From positions 503 to 64,502 of the forward strand of contig JANQGX010000051.1 of the NCBI GenBank assembly GCA_028282885.1: 64,000 nt of DNA, given 5' to 3'. Origin of the DNA: SAR324 cluster bacterium. Its GTDB lineage: Bacteria > SAR324 > XYD2-FULL-50-16. The notes below the pieces were generated by a model. It did no database searches, had not been told where the DNA came from, and saw only the letters and a list, made by a program, of their open reading frames with translations. Shown here piece after piece: positions 49,105-60,074 of this stretch; position 1 is the first letter of the stretch; each line of letters starts with the position of its first letter. The position numbers and the translations under genes are program-made.

Positions 49105-49347
49105 TTACTCTTTAAGAAACAGGCTGTGGTATTCGGGTTCGGTCAGGTGTTTGCGAAGGGTTTTGGTGATCAGCGAGAAGATCTCTTCCAGTTCATCGTC
49201 CGACATTTTTTTCACCAGCTTTTTCATCAGTGCATCGTCGGAAAACATCTGAAGATAACAGATGATTGTGTTTTCATCGGTTTTTCTGTCCAGTCCGAAT
49301 CCTACCAGATCATCATAATTTTCCACAAACTGGTGCGAGTACTTCAT
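49105..49347 (-). CDS. Small acidic hypothetical protein (80 aa), co-oriented 24 nt downstream of the 1049-aa gene
   Basis: ORF with no recognised motif. Helical, acidic (DDELEEIF). Likely operonic with the upstream gene. Confidence 0.4.
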   Translation of the reverse strand: MKYSHQFVENYDDLVGFGLDRKTDENTIICYLQMFSDDALMKKLVKKMSDDELEEIFSLITKTLRKHLTEPEYHSLFLKE

Positions 49348-49370
49348 TTCAAATCTCCAACTACTATCGG

Positions 49371-52300
49371 TTAGCTTACCGGTTTAACGGGTTTAATGCG
49401 TTCCAGGCGAAAGAAATTACCGGGATAGAAGACCTTTGAAAGCTCTTCTATCTGTTCCTTGTCAACCCGGCTGATCTCAACATAGGTTTTCACGTCATAT
49501 TTACGCTCAATGAGGAAGGATCCAATTTCCGCAATGAATCTTAGCTGGTCTTCCTGGCTTTTATCAGGGAAAAAGACGAGACAGTTCCTCCGCTTAATGT
49601 TCATTAGCACCTCACGAGCTTTACCAATTTCCAGAAACAGTTTCTGCTCAACCCCCTTATCTTCATTTCTCAGAAAGGGAGAAAAGAAATCAATTCGTTG
49701 TGGCTGATCTGAGTACAGCTTTTTCCATTCTCTGTAAAGCTTGCTAAGGGCACGTTTCTTGGAAGTGCCCTCCAAGACGGTTTTTTTAATTTTTTTCGCC
49801 AGAATGGTTATGATATTCAGGTAACTCTCGTTGAAGTCCTCAACCGGCGCAGAAATCAACTGCTCGAATTTCTGAATCTGTTTTGAATAGGTGATCGAAT
49901 TATAGTCTTCGTCCCTAGCCCGGGAAAGCTGTTCCAGGATTGCCTGGATGCGTTCGATGTCTTCTTTAAAGTCCCTGAGTTTATTCGATGCGGACTTGTA
50001 GAGCACGATGGCCTGCAATACCTGCGATGTCGAAAGGGTATAAAAGGTGTCCTTCGGCTTTTTCCCGCTGTCGTATTGAACAAGTTTACCCAGGTTCAAT
50101 GCCTTGGTGTTACCAATGAACAACTTCTCGAAGTTTTCGAAATGGTATTTGATATGATTCGGTGTCTGGTTCTTCTGTTGTCTGATTTTAAGAATAGTGT
50201 TGTTGATCTGCCTGTCGATGACGGATATGGAAACATGTTTTACAAAATCAATGTAGGTGTTCTGATAAACACGCAGAATCCGCATAGTTCTGATTAAATC
50301 CTTGATACCCGTTAACCCCGACCTGGAAAGAAGACTCCTCAGGTTCTTTGAAAAAACTGCCGAAAGACTATCCAATCGGGAATCCGACTCCGTGGGAACA
50401 GCGATCAGATGCAATTGAATGTCCTGTTCTTCGATGGATAGAACGAACAGGTTCTCCAGCAAAAGCAAAGGCTCGAATTCAAGCGGAATTTTTACAACGA
50501 TCTTATTGGCTACTGACAGATCCAGAAGCTTGAATTTAATATCAGCACAAGACTGAATAACTGCATCTTTCAGGGTAACGCAGACGGGGTTCTTCTTGAA
50601 GGCTTCACGAAAAGCGGCAGCACGCAGATTATAATTCCCTTTTTTCAGATAATTAGCCAACTGCTTTCCAAAACCGGTTCCGTCTTTTTGAATGTTATTT
50701 AGAAAATCGACAAATCCGTCACGGGCTTTCTCGTAATCACGAGTATAATTTTCCTCGGAATAAGTCTTCGTGAAGCAAGAGTCACCGGATTCCATTAATA
50801 CTTTGGGCGTCAAAAGAGGATCAAAGTTGGATTCGATATCATTTGGCAGGTAACCCAGCTTTTTTAAATCCTTGAAATAACCTTTTGATTCAAGCCACTG
50901 GGCAAAAACATTGCGGGATATGGGAATCCCCGACTCCAGAACAGCCATTTCGTAAAAAATACTGAAAAAATTTCTGCCAAAACGCTCCAATAGCTCTCGT
51001 AAACCCGGTTTTAAAAATCTTTGTACCGATTCACGAAGACGCCTGCCCATGATGTAGCCATAAACCCTTCCAACTGTATGAATGGGATTAATCAGTTGCT
51101 GGAAGTTGGCTTGAATTCCCAAAAACAGTCGGATGGTTCCTGTCGAGCTTTCATCTGCAGTAGGAGTAGGCGTTGTGTATAAGGTGGGAATTACAGCCGA
51201 ATGAATCGCATTTAATTCCACTTCCATCAGCTCAGCCTTACTGACCAGCACCCGCTTCCCGCTGATGTATCGATGGATATTGTGTATCAAGTGAATTTCC
51301 AACAGGCTCAATGAGGATGCGGAATGATGCAGTTTCATCCTCGTGTAGATCTCCTCCAGCATCAGCGAGAGTGTCTTTTCATTCCCTTTTACAGATGTTT
51401 TTAAATCATCGTGCCGGTAATAATAGAGACACTTCGCCCAAAGATCCGGATCCAACTGGCTCCTGGACATGGTGATCACGCTACGCATGATACTGAACAG
51501 CTCGGCCCGGGTAAGCGGAAAATCACCCACTTTGACTTTCTTATCCTCAATTAGCTGAGCCTTCTTGTATAGAAAGCTGAAAAGTTGCCCATTGTTTTCG
51601 CTGGCAAACGCTTCCGTTTCATCATCATCTCCCATCAGATAATCACGAAAGGCGTCAATCAGCTCTTCCGTTTCAATTCCCCTGGTCATGTCCGCAAACT
51701 GGCTGGCCAACGCAGGTACCGACGCGTTTCGGGATAATATATCTTTTTGGAATGCCTGATATAGGGGAAGATAGCGGGTGTAAAGATCGGACAATAAAAT
51801 AATATTGACTGCTTCCTCATCCGACAGGGGAACCTTTTCTCCCACGGCAAGGCTTGTCAGCTTTTCTTTGATGGAAATAGGCAGACCGTAGAAATCCTGC
51901 AATTCCCTGGCAATCGCCTGCATTGTTTTTTCCCTTTCGGCTCTTTCCAGGATTTTCCTCCTGATATCCGGATCGGAATGTATGGGAGCAGCAATGGTCT
52001 TAAAATCGGGATCTACTTTTGATTGCAGTTGAGCCTTTAGTTGATAGGTGATGCCACACACCATGACGGTGCGGCTCTGCTTGAAGATGTCGGGAAATAT
52101 AAGCGGAAGGCTGCAGGGAATCCCTTTGATCTGGTTCATCTGGGTCAGGAAGATGTTGTTCTCCTCCTTCAGAACCCTCCAGGATACCTGGCGCAGGTAT
52201 TTGTAATTGCTGTTAACGTCGATTTTTTCTTCGATTTTGATCCGTTCCCTCGGCCCATTCTTTTGTGTCGGTTTGATCAGCCGCTTCTGGGTTTTGGTGT

Positions 52301-52520
52301 TTGTAATCTTGAACTCGAAGAAATCGACGGTAAATCCATGGGATTGAACAATATCCTTGATGGTTTCAAAATCATCAATGGCAGTGGCTGATTTCAAACT
52401 GACAAAACGAATCAGTTTCTGCGGTTCTCCCGGAGAAGCTTTACCTGAAGCTGCAGCCCTATTTGTTAATGCCAAAACACCCTTTCTGCTTTTCATCCTT
52501 TCCCGTTCAGGAGTCTTCAA
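49371..52520 (-). CDS. Large hypothetical protein (1049 aa) with no recognisable domain
   Basis: Uninterrupted 3.15 kb ORF tightly packed between the CreA-family gene (9-nt gap) and the small ORF. No Walker, nuclease, protease or TM signatures visible by eye. Confidence 0.6.
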   Translation of the reverse strand: MKTPERERMKSRKGVLALTNRAAASGKASPGEPQKLIRFVSLKSATAIDDFETIKDIVQSHGFTVDFFEFKITNTKTQKRLIKPTQKNGPRERIKIEEKIDVNSNYKYLRQVSWRVLKEENNIFLTQMNQIKGIPCSLPLIFPDIFKQSRTVMVCGITYQLKAQLQSKVDPDFKTIAAPIHSDPDIRRKILERAEREKTMQAIARELQDFYGLPISIKEKLTSLAVGEKVPLSDEEAVNIILLSDLYTRYLPLYQAFQKDILSRNASVPALASQFADMTRGIETEELIDAFRDYLMGDDDETEAFASENNGQLFSFLYKKAQLIEDKKVKVGDFPLTRAELFSIMRSVITMSRSQLDPDLWAKCLYYYRHDDLKTSVKGNEKTLSLMLEEIYTRMKLHHSASSLSLLEIHLIHNIHRYISGKRVLVSKAELMEVELNAIHSAVIPTLYTTPTPTADESSTGTIRLFLGIQANFQQLINPIHTVGRVYGYIMGRRLRESVQRFLKPGLRELLERFGRNFFSIFYEMAVLESGIPISRNVFAQWLESKGYFKDLKKLGYLPNDIESNFDPLLTPKVLMESGDSCFTKTYSEENYTRDYEKARDGFVDFLNNIQKDGTGFGKQLANYLKKGNYNLRAAAFREAFKKNPVCVTLKDAVIQSCADIKFKLLDLSVANKIVVKIPLEFEPLLLLENLFVLSIEEQDIQLHLIAVPTESDSRLDSLSAVFSKNLRSLLSRSGLTGIKDLIRTMRILRVYQNTYIDFVKHVSISVIDRQINNTILKIRQQKNQTPNHIKYHFENFEKLFIGNTKALNLGKLVQYDSGKKPKDTFYTLSTSQVLQAIVLYKSASNKLRDFKEDIERIQAILEQLSRARDEDYNSITYSKQIQKFEQLISAPVEDFNESYLNIITILAKKIKKTVLEGTSKKRALSKLYREWKKLYSDQPQRIDFFSPFLRNEDKGVEQKLFLEIGKAREVLMNIKRRNCLVFFPDKSQEDQLRFIAEIGSFLIERKYDVKTYVEISRVDKEQIEELSKVFYPGNFFRLERIKPVKPVS

Positions 52521-52531
52521 GTAGCAGCCTG

Positions 52532-52993
52532 CTAGTTTTTAATCGGAATAGCTGAAATACTATTTTTGGGTGAACCGTCAATCAATTCATCACTAAAGGT
52601 AAGATATATCAGAGCATTGCGGGATTTATCATAAAAACGTACAACCTGAATCTTCTTGAATAGGATGGAAGTGCTCTTCTTAAAAACCTGGACGCCGTCC
52701 TGTTCACCGGTCACCACATTATCAGGCAGGAGAATGGGACCCGTTTGCCGGCATGATATGGACGCATCCGAAGGATCTTCCGCTAGCCCAAGTCCACCGG
52801 TGATTCCTCCCTTTTTTGCCCTTGATAGATAGCAGGTAATTCCCTTAACCATAGGGTCGTCAAAAGCTTCAATAACAATCTTATGATTCGGCCCTACCAA
52901 TTTCAGCGCAGTATCCACACTTCCGATTTCATCTGCCAGTGTCATACCGGATAGTAATCCCAGCAGAGATGCAATCAAAACAATCCTTGTCAT
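52532..52993 (-). CDS. CreA-family periplasmic protein
   Basis: Signal peptide [33 protein letters not shown] and surrounding conservation are typical of CreA (PF05981). Confidence 0.65.
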   Translation of the reverse strand: MTRIVLIASLLGLLSGMTLADEIGSVDTALKLVGPNHKIVIEAFDDPMVKGITCYLSRAKKGGITGGLGLAEDPSDASISCRQTGPILLPDNVVTGEQDGVQVFKKSTSILFKKIQVVRFYDKSRNALIYLTFSDELIDGSPKNSISAIPIKN

Positions 52994-53275
52994 CTATAAT
53001 CCCACATTATGTGTTATCTTATAATATTCCGATTTTCCCTGAGTTCCGAAAATCAGTTTGAATGGTTCACATCATTTGTCACCAGGAAAAGAAAAAATCC
53101 TTATAACCCAAGCTGATATTATACGGGGGATGAGAATAGAAATACTGAATGATCCGGCTGATTCTCAAGTTGTGTTTTTGTTTCCCCCCATACTATACAG
53201 ACAGTGATGCCCTTGTGCTTTTTGATATCATTAAACAATCTGATTGTCGAGATGAAGTTTTTTAACGTGAAATCT

Positions 53276-54004
53276 TCAAGTGAATTCACCGGCATTTTTA
53301 ATGATATCTCTCAATATCAATCCTGCCAGGGTTAATCCAAAAATCCCCGGTATGGTACTGATACTGCCATTTATTGGACGATCCTTCCCTTCTTCGCAAA
53401 TATCCGAAGCGCGACCTATCTCCTCCGACCAGACTGCTGAAATTCCTTCGGTTATGCCGGAGTGCCTGAGTTTTTTACGCAGGACCTTTGCCAGACGACA
53501 ATTTCTGGATTCAAACAGGTCTCCCGTTCTGATGGTCGTAGGGTCAATTCGATTTCCCGCTCCCATGCTGGAATAGAGCCTGCTGTTACTCCGAAAAGCG
53601 TATCTTAAAAATGCCAGCTTGCAATTAAATACATCAATCGCATCCACGATTATATCATACTCTTTATCAAAAACCCGGGGCATGATCTCTTTCGTAATGA
53701 AAAACTCTTTCGTGGTGATGACACATGAGGGATTGATATCGAGCAGACGGGCTTTCATGACTTCAGTCTTTTTCTTTCCCAGGGTGGAGTGCAAGGCAAT
53801 TAGCTGTCTGTTCAGATTGGAAATACTGACAACATCTGCGTCCTGAAGAGTCAGATTTTCAACTCCCGCCCTGACAAGAGCTTCCGCGGCATAGGCTCCT
53901 ACTCCACCTAAACCGGCTATAAAGACTGTCTTGCTTTTGATTTGATTCAATCCCTCATTCCCGATAAGCAGCTCGGTGCGTGCCAAAAAATCTTCTCTGT
54001 TCAC
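53276..54004 (-). CDS. tcdA: tRNA threonylcarbamoyladenosine dehydratase (TcdA/CsdL, ThiF/E1-like)
   Basis: Rossmann motif VFIAGLGGVGAYAAEALVRAGV...LQDADVVSISNLNRQ. About 240 aa. Confidence 0.75.
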   Translation of the reverse strand: MNREDFLARTELLIGNEGLNQIKSKTVFIAGLGGVGAYAAEALVRAGVENLTLQDADVVSISNLNRQLIALHSTLGKKKTEVMKARLLDINPSCVITTKEFFITKEIMPRVFDKEYDIIVDAIDVFNCKLAFLRYAFRSNSRLYSSMGAGNRIDPTTIRTGDLFESRNCRLAKVLRKKLRHSGITEGISAVWSEEIGRASDICEEGKDRPINGSISTIPGIFGLTLAGLILRDIIKNAGEFT

Positions 54005-54774
54005 GGCTCCAGCCCCGGGAAAATAAGTTGAGTGTTTTGATATAACTGCTGTCTGACCTCCTCCCTGGATTCTTTTCGTAAAACTGAGACTGCATCCAGA
54101 ATTTCAACCAGGTATTCCGGGCTGTTTCTTCTACCTTCCTTGCCAGAAAGAGGGATGTCCGGGGCATCTGTTTCCAGAACAAATGATTCCAGGGGCAGGT
54201 CACTTACGATCTTGCGAAGTCTTGAGGAACGTTGATAGGTTATCACTCCGCCAATTCCCAATTTAAATCCCAGGTCCAGGTATTTGGTAGCCTGTTGGAG
54301 ACTTCCGGAGTAGCAGTGTACAACACCGCCGAAGTTGAAACGGGATCGCTTCAAATAGGAAATCACCTGATCATGTGCCTTTCGTACGTGAAGTATCAGA
54401 GGGAGACCTGATTTTCCGGCAATCTTTGTCTGCTCCGTGAAGTAAAACAATTGTTTCGCTTCCCGGTAATCCTTGATAAAGAAATCAAGTCCGATCTCTC
54501 CGAGGGCCACTATTTTGCCCTGTTTTTGAATATGATCTTCGAGAGTCTTAAGGTCGGACTCTTCAGCTTTATCAAGAAAACAGGGGTGTATTCCCGGGGC
54601 TACAAACAGACTCTGATGACTGCCAGTCAATTCAAACAGCGAATCCCAAGCGGATTGGGTGACACCCGGAATGATCAATGCCCTGATTCCCAATTCCGAA
54701 CATCTGTCGAGAATGGCACTCCGGTCTTTATCGAATGCCGCCGCGTCAAGGTGGCAATGAGTGTCGATCATCAT
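54001..54774 (-). CDS. tatD: TatD-family metal-dependent hydrolase (DNase)
   Basis: MIDTHCHLD N-terminus and a TIM-barrel metal-ligand pattern. 4-nt overlap with tcdA. Confidence 0.85.
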   Translation of the reverse strand: MMIDTHCHLDAAAFDKDRSAILDRCSELGIRALIIPGVTQSAWDSLFELTGSHQSLFVAPGIHPCFLDKAEESDLKTLEDHIQKQGKIVALGEIGLDFFIKDYREAKQLFYFTEQTKIAGKSGLPLILHVRKAHDQVISYLKRSRFNFGGVVHCYSGSLQQATKYLDLGFKLGIGGVITYQRSSRLRKIVSDLPLESFVLETDAPDIPLSGKEGRRNSPEYLVEILDAVSVLRKESREEVRQQLYQNTQLIFPGLEP

Positions 54775-54786
54775 TATATCAACCTG

Positions 54787-55890
54787 TTAAGATTGTTTGA
54801 CCGTCGGTATGGTGAATTTAAAGACGCTTCCCTTACCAATGGCGCTCTCAACCTCGATCTTTCCCCCGTTTTTTTCCACAAACTCCCTGCACAATATCAG
54901 ACCCAGCCCGGATCCGCTTTCGCTACTCGTTCCGTATCTGGTGAAATGGGCGTCTATCTTGAATAACTTCTCACAGTCCTCTGTGGATAGGCCAACTCCT
55001 TTATCGTCTACCATCAGGCATAGCATGTTCTCTTTGACTGCCGTGTTTAGTTGAATCTTTCCCCCTTCATTACTGAACTTAATTGCATTTGAAACGAGAT
55101 TTCGGACAACCGTTTTGATCATGTCGGCATCCGCATAGACCGTTGTCTGATCATCAAGCCCGGATGCAAGTGTGATATTTTTGTTTGCCGCTTGATGATT
55201 CAAAAGATCAAGGGTTTCATCAACCACTTCTTTCAAACTGAAAAACCCCGGATTCCATTCAAACTTCCCCAACTGCAGACGAGACCAACTGAGGAGATTC
55301 TCCAGCAACTTGTAAACATTCTGGGAGGAGTTGTAAATATTGGTGATAAACTCTTTTTTTCTTTCATCGGAAAGTTCATCAAACCTCTCCAGCAGCAGTT
55401 CGGAAAATCCCAACAGATGATTAAATGGATTCCGCAAATCGTGGGCTATAATGGAAAAGAACTTGTCCTTCATGGCATTGGCATGGGTGAGGCTTTCCCT
55501 GATATGTTTCAACTGAAGATGTGTTTTAACACGTGCCTTCAACTCAGCCTGGTTGAATGGTTTGTTAATATAGTCGACCGCTCCCAATTCCAAACCTTGG
55601 ACAATGCTGTCCGCATCATTTCTGGCTGTGAGGAAAATAATCGGAACATCCCTGGTGCGATGATCAGCTTTTATTCGGCTACAAACCTGGAATCCATCCA
55701 TATCCGGCATCATGATATCAAGCAGGATTAAATCAAAATCTATAGTTTGGATCTTTTCCAACGCTGCTTGACCGCTTCTGGAGAAGGTCATCTGATAGCC
55801 TTCTCCTCTCAGAATATTGGCCACGACTTGAATATTGTTTGGAACGTCATCAACGATCAATATTTTAAACACTTTCTGATGATCGGTCAT
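54787..55890 (-). CDS. Hybrid response-regulator/histidine-kinase (REC-HisKA-HATPase_c)
   Basis: REC: ILIVDDVPNN...LLDIMMPDMDGFQ. H-box IIAHDLRNP. G-boxes GSGLGLILCREFVEKNGG. Confidence 0.85.
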   Translation of the reverse strand: MTDHQKVFKILIVDDVPNNIQVVANILRGEGYQMTFSRSGQAALEKIQTIDFDLILLDIMMPDMDGFQVCSRIKADHRTRDVPIIFLTARNDADSIVQGLELGAVDYINKPFNQAELKARVKTHLQLKHIRESLTHANAMKDKFFSIIAHDLRNPFNHLLGFSELLLERFDELSDERKKEFITNIYNSSQNVYKLLENLLSWSRLQLGKFEWNPGFFSLKEVVDETLDLLNHQAANKNITLASGLDDQTTVYADADMIKTVVRNLVSNAIKFSNEGGKIQLNTAVKENMLCLMVDDKGVGLSTEDCEKLFKIDAHFTRYGTSSESGSGLGLILCREFVEKNGGKIEVESAIGKGSVFKFTIPTVKQS

Positions 55891-56131
55891 AATCTACCCC
55901 ATGCACTGTTTCCAGGTCGATATTAATCACATATGGTTTATCATCTACCATATATGTTGCCCAGTTTTTCTTTCAACCTTGAAATGGTTTCTTTTGATAC
56001 GGAAAGCTTGTTTGAGCAGGATCATTGTTTGAGTTCGGATTAATACTATAAAAAATATCTATTCAACTCATATTATTTTTCGATAGCCTGTCTGTTCGGT
56101 TTATAGATTTCAATTCCTAATGGAGGCATAA

Positions 56132-57034
56132 ATGAATCTTTGGCAATTAAAAGTATTTTGCAAAGTTATTGAACTGGGTGGGTTTTCCAAGGCTGCAAAG
56201 GCCATTCATCTGTCACAGCCAACCGTTAGCAGCCATATCAAGGATCTGGAAAGATATTTCGAGGTGATTCTGATTGATAGAATTGAAAATAGGGCAGTCC
56301 CCACAAAAGCCGGGGAAATCCTATTGGAATACGCCAAACGGATGCTTCATTTACAGCAGGAAACAGAATTAATGATGTCGGGTTACCTGGGTCATCACAA
56401 AGGCAAATTGGCTATTGGCGGTAGTACGATCCCCGGTGGATTCCTCTTGCCCAGAATTTTAGGTGAGTTTCGAAAACAATATCCTGACATCGTTATCTCC
56501 ATGGAAGTGGGAGATACCGGCAGCATTATTGAAAGCGTTCTGGATTGTCGCATAGAAGCAGGTATTGTCGGGGCGAAGTCCGACTCAAAGAAAATAAGCC
56601 ATACAAAACTCTTTGGGGACAAGCTGATGCTGATTGTACCGACCTCGCATCGCTGGTCATCTCAACCGTCCATTGATATCGAAGATCTAAAGGGAGAACC
56701 TTTTATCACCAGGGAAAAAGGATCCGGGACGTTGAAAACGATTTTAAACAGCTTCCCCAAAAAAAAGCTCAGTGCCAACCAGCTGAATGTGGTTGCCGAA
56801 GTTGGCAATACCATCGCTGTTATTCAAGGTATCAAGAACAGATTGGGGGTTTCAATACTGTCAACCGTTGCTGTTGAAGATGATCTAAAGGCCGGCTCTC
56901 TAATAGCGATAGATATCAATGGACTGGACTTGACAAGGAATTTTTACCTCATTCGCAGAAAAGACCGGGCTGTTCTTCCGCTCTGCAGGGTGTTCATCGA
57001 CTTTCTAAAGCAATATGATAATAGTGTACAGTGA
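56132..57034 (+). CDS. LysR-family transcriptional regulator
   Basis: N-terminal HTH (LKVFCKVIELGGFSKAAKAIHLSQPTVSSHIKDLE) plus a LysR substrate-binding domain. Confidence 0.85.
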   Translation: MNLWQLKVFCKVIELGGFSKAAKAIHLSQPTVSSHIKDLERYFEVILIDRIENRAVPTKAGEILLEYAKRMLHLQQETELMMSGYLGHHKGKLAIGGSTIPGGFLLPRILGEFRKQYPDIVISMEVGDTGSIIESVLDCRIEAGIVGAKSDSKKISHTKLFGDKLMLIVPTSHRWSSQPSIDIEDLKGEPFITREKGSGTLKTILNSFPKKKLSANQLNVVAEVGNTIAVIQGIKNRLGVSILSTVAVEDDLKAGSLIAIDINGLDLTRNFYLIRRKDRAVLPLCRVFIDFLKQYDNSVQ

Positions 57035-57184
57035 CAAGAAATGCTATGAGCTGATGAGCATTACGGGGAAGCATCAATCACCGGCGTCATGATTGGACCG
57101 GGAACCGATATCAATACCGAATCAATTCCCTTGGTTGCGTAGGGATGAATCACTAAACAGAAAAGATGATAACCCGTGAATCTG

Positions 57185-57586
57185 TTACGCGGTACCCTTT
57201 TTCTGGTTAACCAGATCCATGGGTTTTTCATTCAGATCCGACAGGGAATATGAAATATATCGAATAAACGAGGAACCCGAGAATCTCGGCTGGATGACCT
57301 GAACTCCCAGATCGTTATTCACAATTCTGCGAACTGTCTTGTCGTCAAGCTCCGGGCTGACCTCAATTGCCAAAAGATCCTCATAGGATTCTATTTGTTG
57401 AAAAAGCTCGGTGAAAAAATTCTCCGACTCAACCGAAGGGCCGTCGAAAATATTGATATAGGGACCATAGCTGCTTTTGAGAGCATCTTTTCGCTTCTTA
57501 TCTGAAAAACCTTCCGTATTTGGTCCGACCTTAATAATCTCGTAAAAAGTGACTTCCTTCTTTTCAACAATTACTTCTTTCGACAT
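57185..57586 (-). CDS. Hypothetical protein (133 aa)
   Basis: ORF only; no recognised motifs. Confidence 0.35.
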   Translation of the reverse strand: MSKEVIVEKKEVTFYEIIKVGPNTEGFSDKKRKDALKSSYGPYINIFDGPSVESENFFTELFQQIESYEDLLAIEVSPELDDKTVRRIVNNDLGVQVIQPRFSGSSFIRYISYSLSDLNEKPMDLVNQKKGTA

Positions 57587-57964
57587 AGTATCCCTCTTAA
57601 CAGACGTTGGTTTTGTCTACGAATGAGTTTGCACGGGCTCTTTCCAGCGAATTTTGAAGGTTTTGATTCCGTCGTATCCGAATATCTGGCTCAGCAGATC
57701 TCCAGCCGAGATTCGAAAGAAATGCTGAATGGAGACGCATAAATCCAAATCAGGTGATATGACTATGATTCCACAATCCTTATGATTTCTCGTCGCCCTG
57801 CTGTTCTTTTTCCAGATGAATACCTGTTAATTATCAAAGTTCAATTGTCTTTACAACTGTTTTTTTAAGGATTTGTTACGGTTGTAAGCTGTCGTTTCTA
57901 ATCTTTGATCACGGATTGACATTGAACGTGAACCTTTCAAAACCGGACCTCAACTTTTTGATTT

Positions 57965-58630
57965 TTATAAACTAAGGTACCAAACTGGAGGAAGATCAGC
58001 CGTAAATTGCATCTCCTTTTTACTGATGGGATGAGAAATAGTGACAGAGTCCGCATGCAGGGCGATGCCCCTTTCAGAAAATCTGTCATCGGATCCATAC
58101 TTCAAATCACCTATGATCGGAAATCCAACAGCAGCAAATTGAACCCGTATCTGATGATGCCTGCCGGTCTTCAAATCAATCCCAACTTCGGATAGTCCGT
58201 TTTCATATCGTAATCTCTCGAATGAGAGCTCTGCTATCTTCCCTCTTTCCCCTGTAACGATACGGCTTACCCTTCCCTGTTTTTCTATACGATTGACCAA
58301 GGTGCCGGAAGCTGCAATTTTGCCCCTGACCAATGCCTTATACGCTTTTTTTATTTTTTTGTTACGAAATTGTTCGGAGAGCCTGGATGCTGCTTTTGAG
58401 GTTCGGGCAAAAACAACGACTCCCGAAACGGGTCTGTCCAGTCGATGCACCAGGCCCAGATAGACGTTTCCCGGCTTATTGTATTTTTTCTTGAGAAAAC
58501 GCTTGGCGACATCCAGCAAAGTCGGATCTCCGGTCATATCGCCTTGAACCAGGAGACCGGCCGGCTTGTTAGCCACGAGGAGATGATTATCAAGATAAAT
58601 AAGGTTCAGTTGTAGATTTTGGTTTTTCAA
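57965..58630 (-). CDS. RluA-family pseudouridine synthase
   Basis: Catalytic HRLDRPVSGVVVFA motif, NKPAGLLVQ, 221 aa. Confidence 0.8.
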   Translation of the reverse strand: MKNQNLQLNLIYLDNHLLVANKPAGLLVQGDMTGDPTLLDVAKRFLKKKYNKPGNVYLGLVHRLDRPVSGVVVFARTSKAASRLSEQFRNKKIKKAYKALVRGKIAASGTLVNRIEKQGRVSRIVTGERGKIAELSFERLRYENGLSEVGIDLKTGRHHQIRVQFAAVGFPIIGDLKYGSDDRFSERGIALHADSVTISHPISKKEMQFTADLPPVWYLSL

Positions 58631-58757
58631 AATTTAGTTTTTCAGAATCAGATCTCAGCCTTAAAAACCCACCATCAGAAGATTGTAAAAAAATAGTGAG
58701 GAATGACAGGCAGGTAGACATCAGGGTGCGATAATCAATCTCTTGAAACATGGTCGA

Positions 58758-60074
58758 TTAATAGGTTGACCAGCCATATTCTGCCATAATGAAATTGATA
58801 TCATTATTCAGAGACCGGGCCAGTTCATAAGCCCCTTTTACCTTACCCTGATTACTCGTGATGATTTTAAGAAAACGGAGCGCCTCTTCAAGCCGGGTTC
58901 GATATTCCGATTCCCTGATCAATCCGTTACTCTCCTTGGCGATCCAGGCCGCTTTAAGAAAGGGATCAACTTCGTGGGGTTTGGTTAGGATGGAATATTC
59001 AAGATGCTGGCTGATGACCGATTTGCACCTGTTGTACAGTTTATCCGCGACCAGTTTGCTTTCCTCCGAATCTCCACTGGACAAGGCTATCTGAAAATCC
59101 GTCACAATAGTCATCGTACCTATCATGTTCTTCTGCAGAATCAGATCCTTGGTAATATCGGGAATATTATTTAAGAGATCGGCAACCAGTTTTTTAAAAA
59201 CAGGGATGCGGGCAATAAGCAAACCGAGAGTCATCACAACCAACAACACGTAGTTCGCTGTTTTACCTTCGGAAACCGTTTTCGTTAAGTCATTGCGCAG
59301 AGATGCCGTACAGGCTGATCTCAGCTCGTCATTGGAGATGGTACTGGTAATATAAACCGATCCCTTCAATTTGGCATTCAACATCGTCAGACCGCCCAGT
59401 TTATCACGAATCGATAGCATGGATGTCGTCTGCAGAACTGCCCGGTTCAGGTTTTCGGAAGCGGCCCTTACCTCCCGATATTCACTGTTCTTGATCGAGT
59501 TGTATTCATTGGTATATCGGTCTTTAAGCAACTCCAGATACCTCACATATATCTTAATAAACCAGCCGACATTGAAAATGCTCAAACCGCCGTTATAAAC
59601 AGCACCACCGATCTCAACCAAAGAATCCTCCAAGACATCCAGTTTTTTTTCATCCAGACCACTCTGCAAAGCATCATTATAAATTTGAATTCCCTTGATC
59701 GCTCTCAAATCTGCATAGAAGGAATGACGCTTGACAAGCTTATTGATTTTGGTCCTGGGATCCAGAACCTCCTTGGATTCAGCGAATCGATTAACTTCTT
59801 CACGCAGACCGGAAATATTGGGAAGGCGTTTGATTCTTCTAAAAAACCGTCTCTTTTTTTTGGGGTAGGCGATCCTGCTTCCCAGGAAAGCAGGCGATTC
59901 CGGAAACTTGGAGAGCAGATAGTTTACATTCTTAAGACTGTCTTCAACCTTGGGAGTTTTTTCTTCCACCAACCCCTGCCAGTTGAGACCGTTAGTTTTC
60001 GAAGCCGGTTTTCCGGGCTTGAAATTAAGACCACTGGTTACGGATTTTCCAATTAGCTGGCGCAGAAAACTCAT
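58758..60074 (-). CDS. Hypothetical protein (438 aa), one possible TM helix, no recognised domain
   Basis: Long ORF. Basic N-terminal region (KKKRRFFRRIKR). Hydrophobic helix ANYVLLVVMTLGLLIARIPVF. Confidence 0.5.
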   Translation of the reverse strand: MSFLRQLIGKSVTSGLNFKPGKPASKTNGLNWQGLVEEKTPKVEDSLKNVNYLLSKFPESPAFLGSRIAYPKKKRRFFRRIKRLPNISGLREEVNRFAESKEVLDPRTKINKLVKRHSFYADLRAIKGIQIYNDALQSGLDEKKLDVLEDSLVEIGGAVYNGGLSIFNVGWFIKIYVRYLELLKDRYTNEYNSIKNSEYREVRAASENLNRAVLQTTSMLSIRDKLGGLTMLNAKLKGSVYITSTISNDELRSACTASLRNDLTKTVSEGKTANYVLLVVMTLGLLIARIPVFKKLVADLLNNIPDITKDLILQKNMIGTMTIVTDFQIALSSGDSEESKLVADKLYNRCKSVISQHLEYSILTKPHEVDPFLKAAWIAKESNGLIRESEYRTRLEEALRFLKIITSNQGKVKGAYELARSLNNDINFIMAEYGWSTY

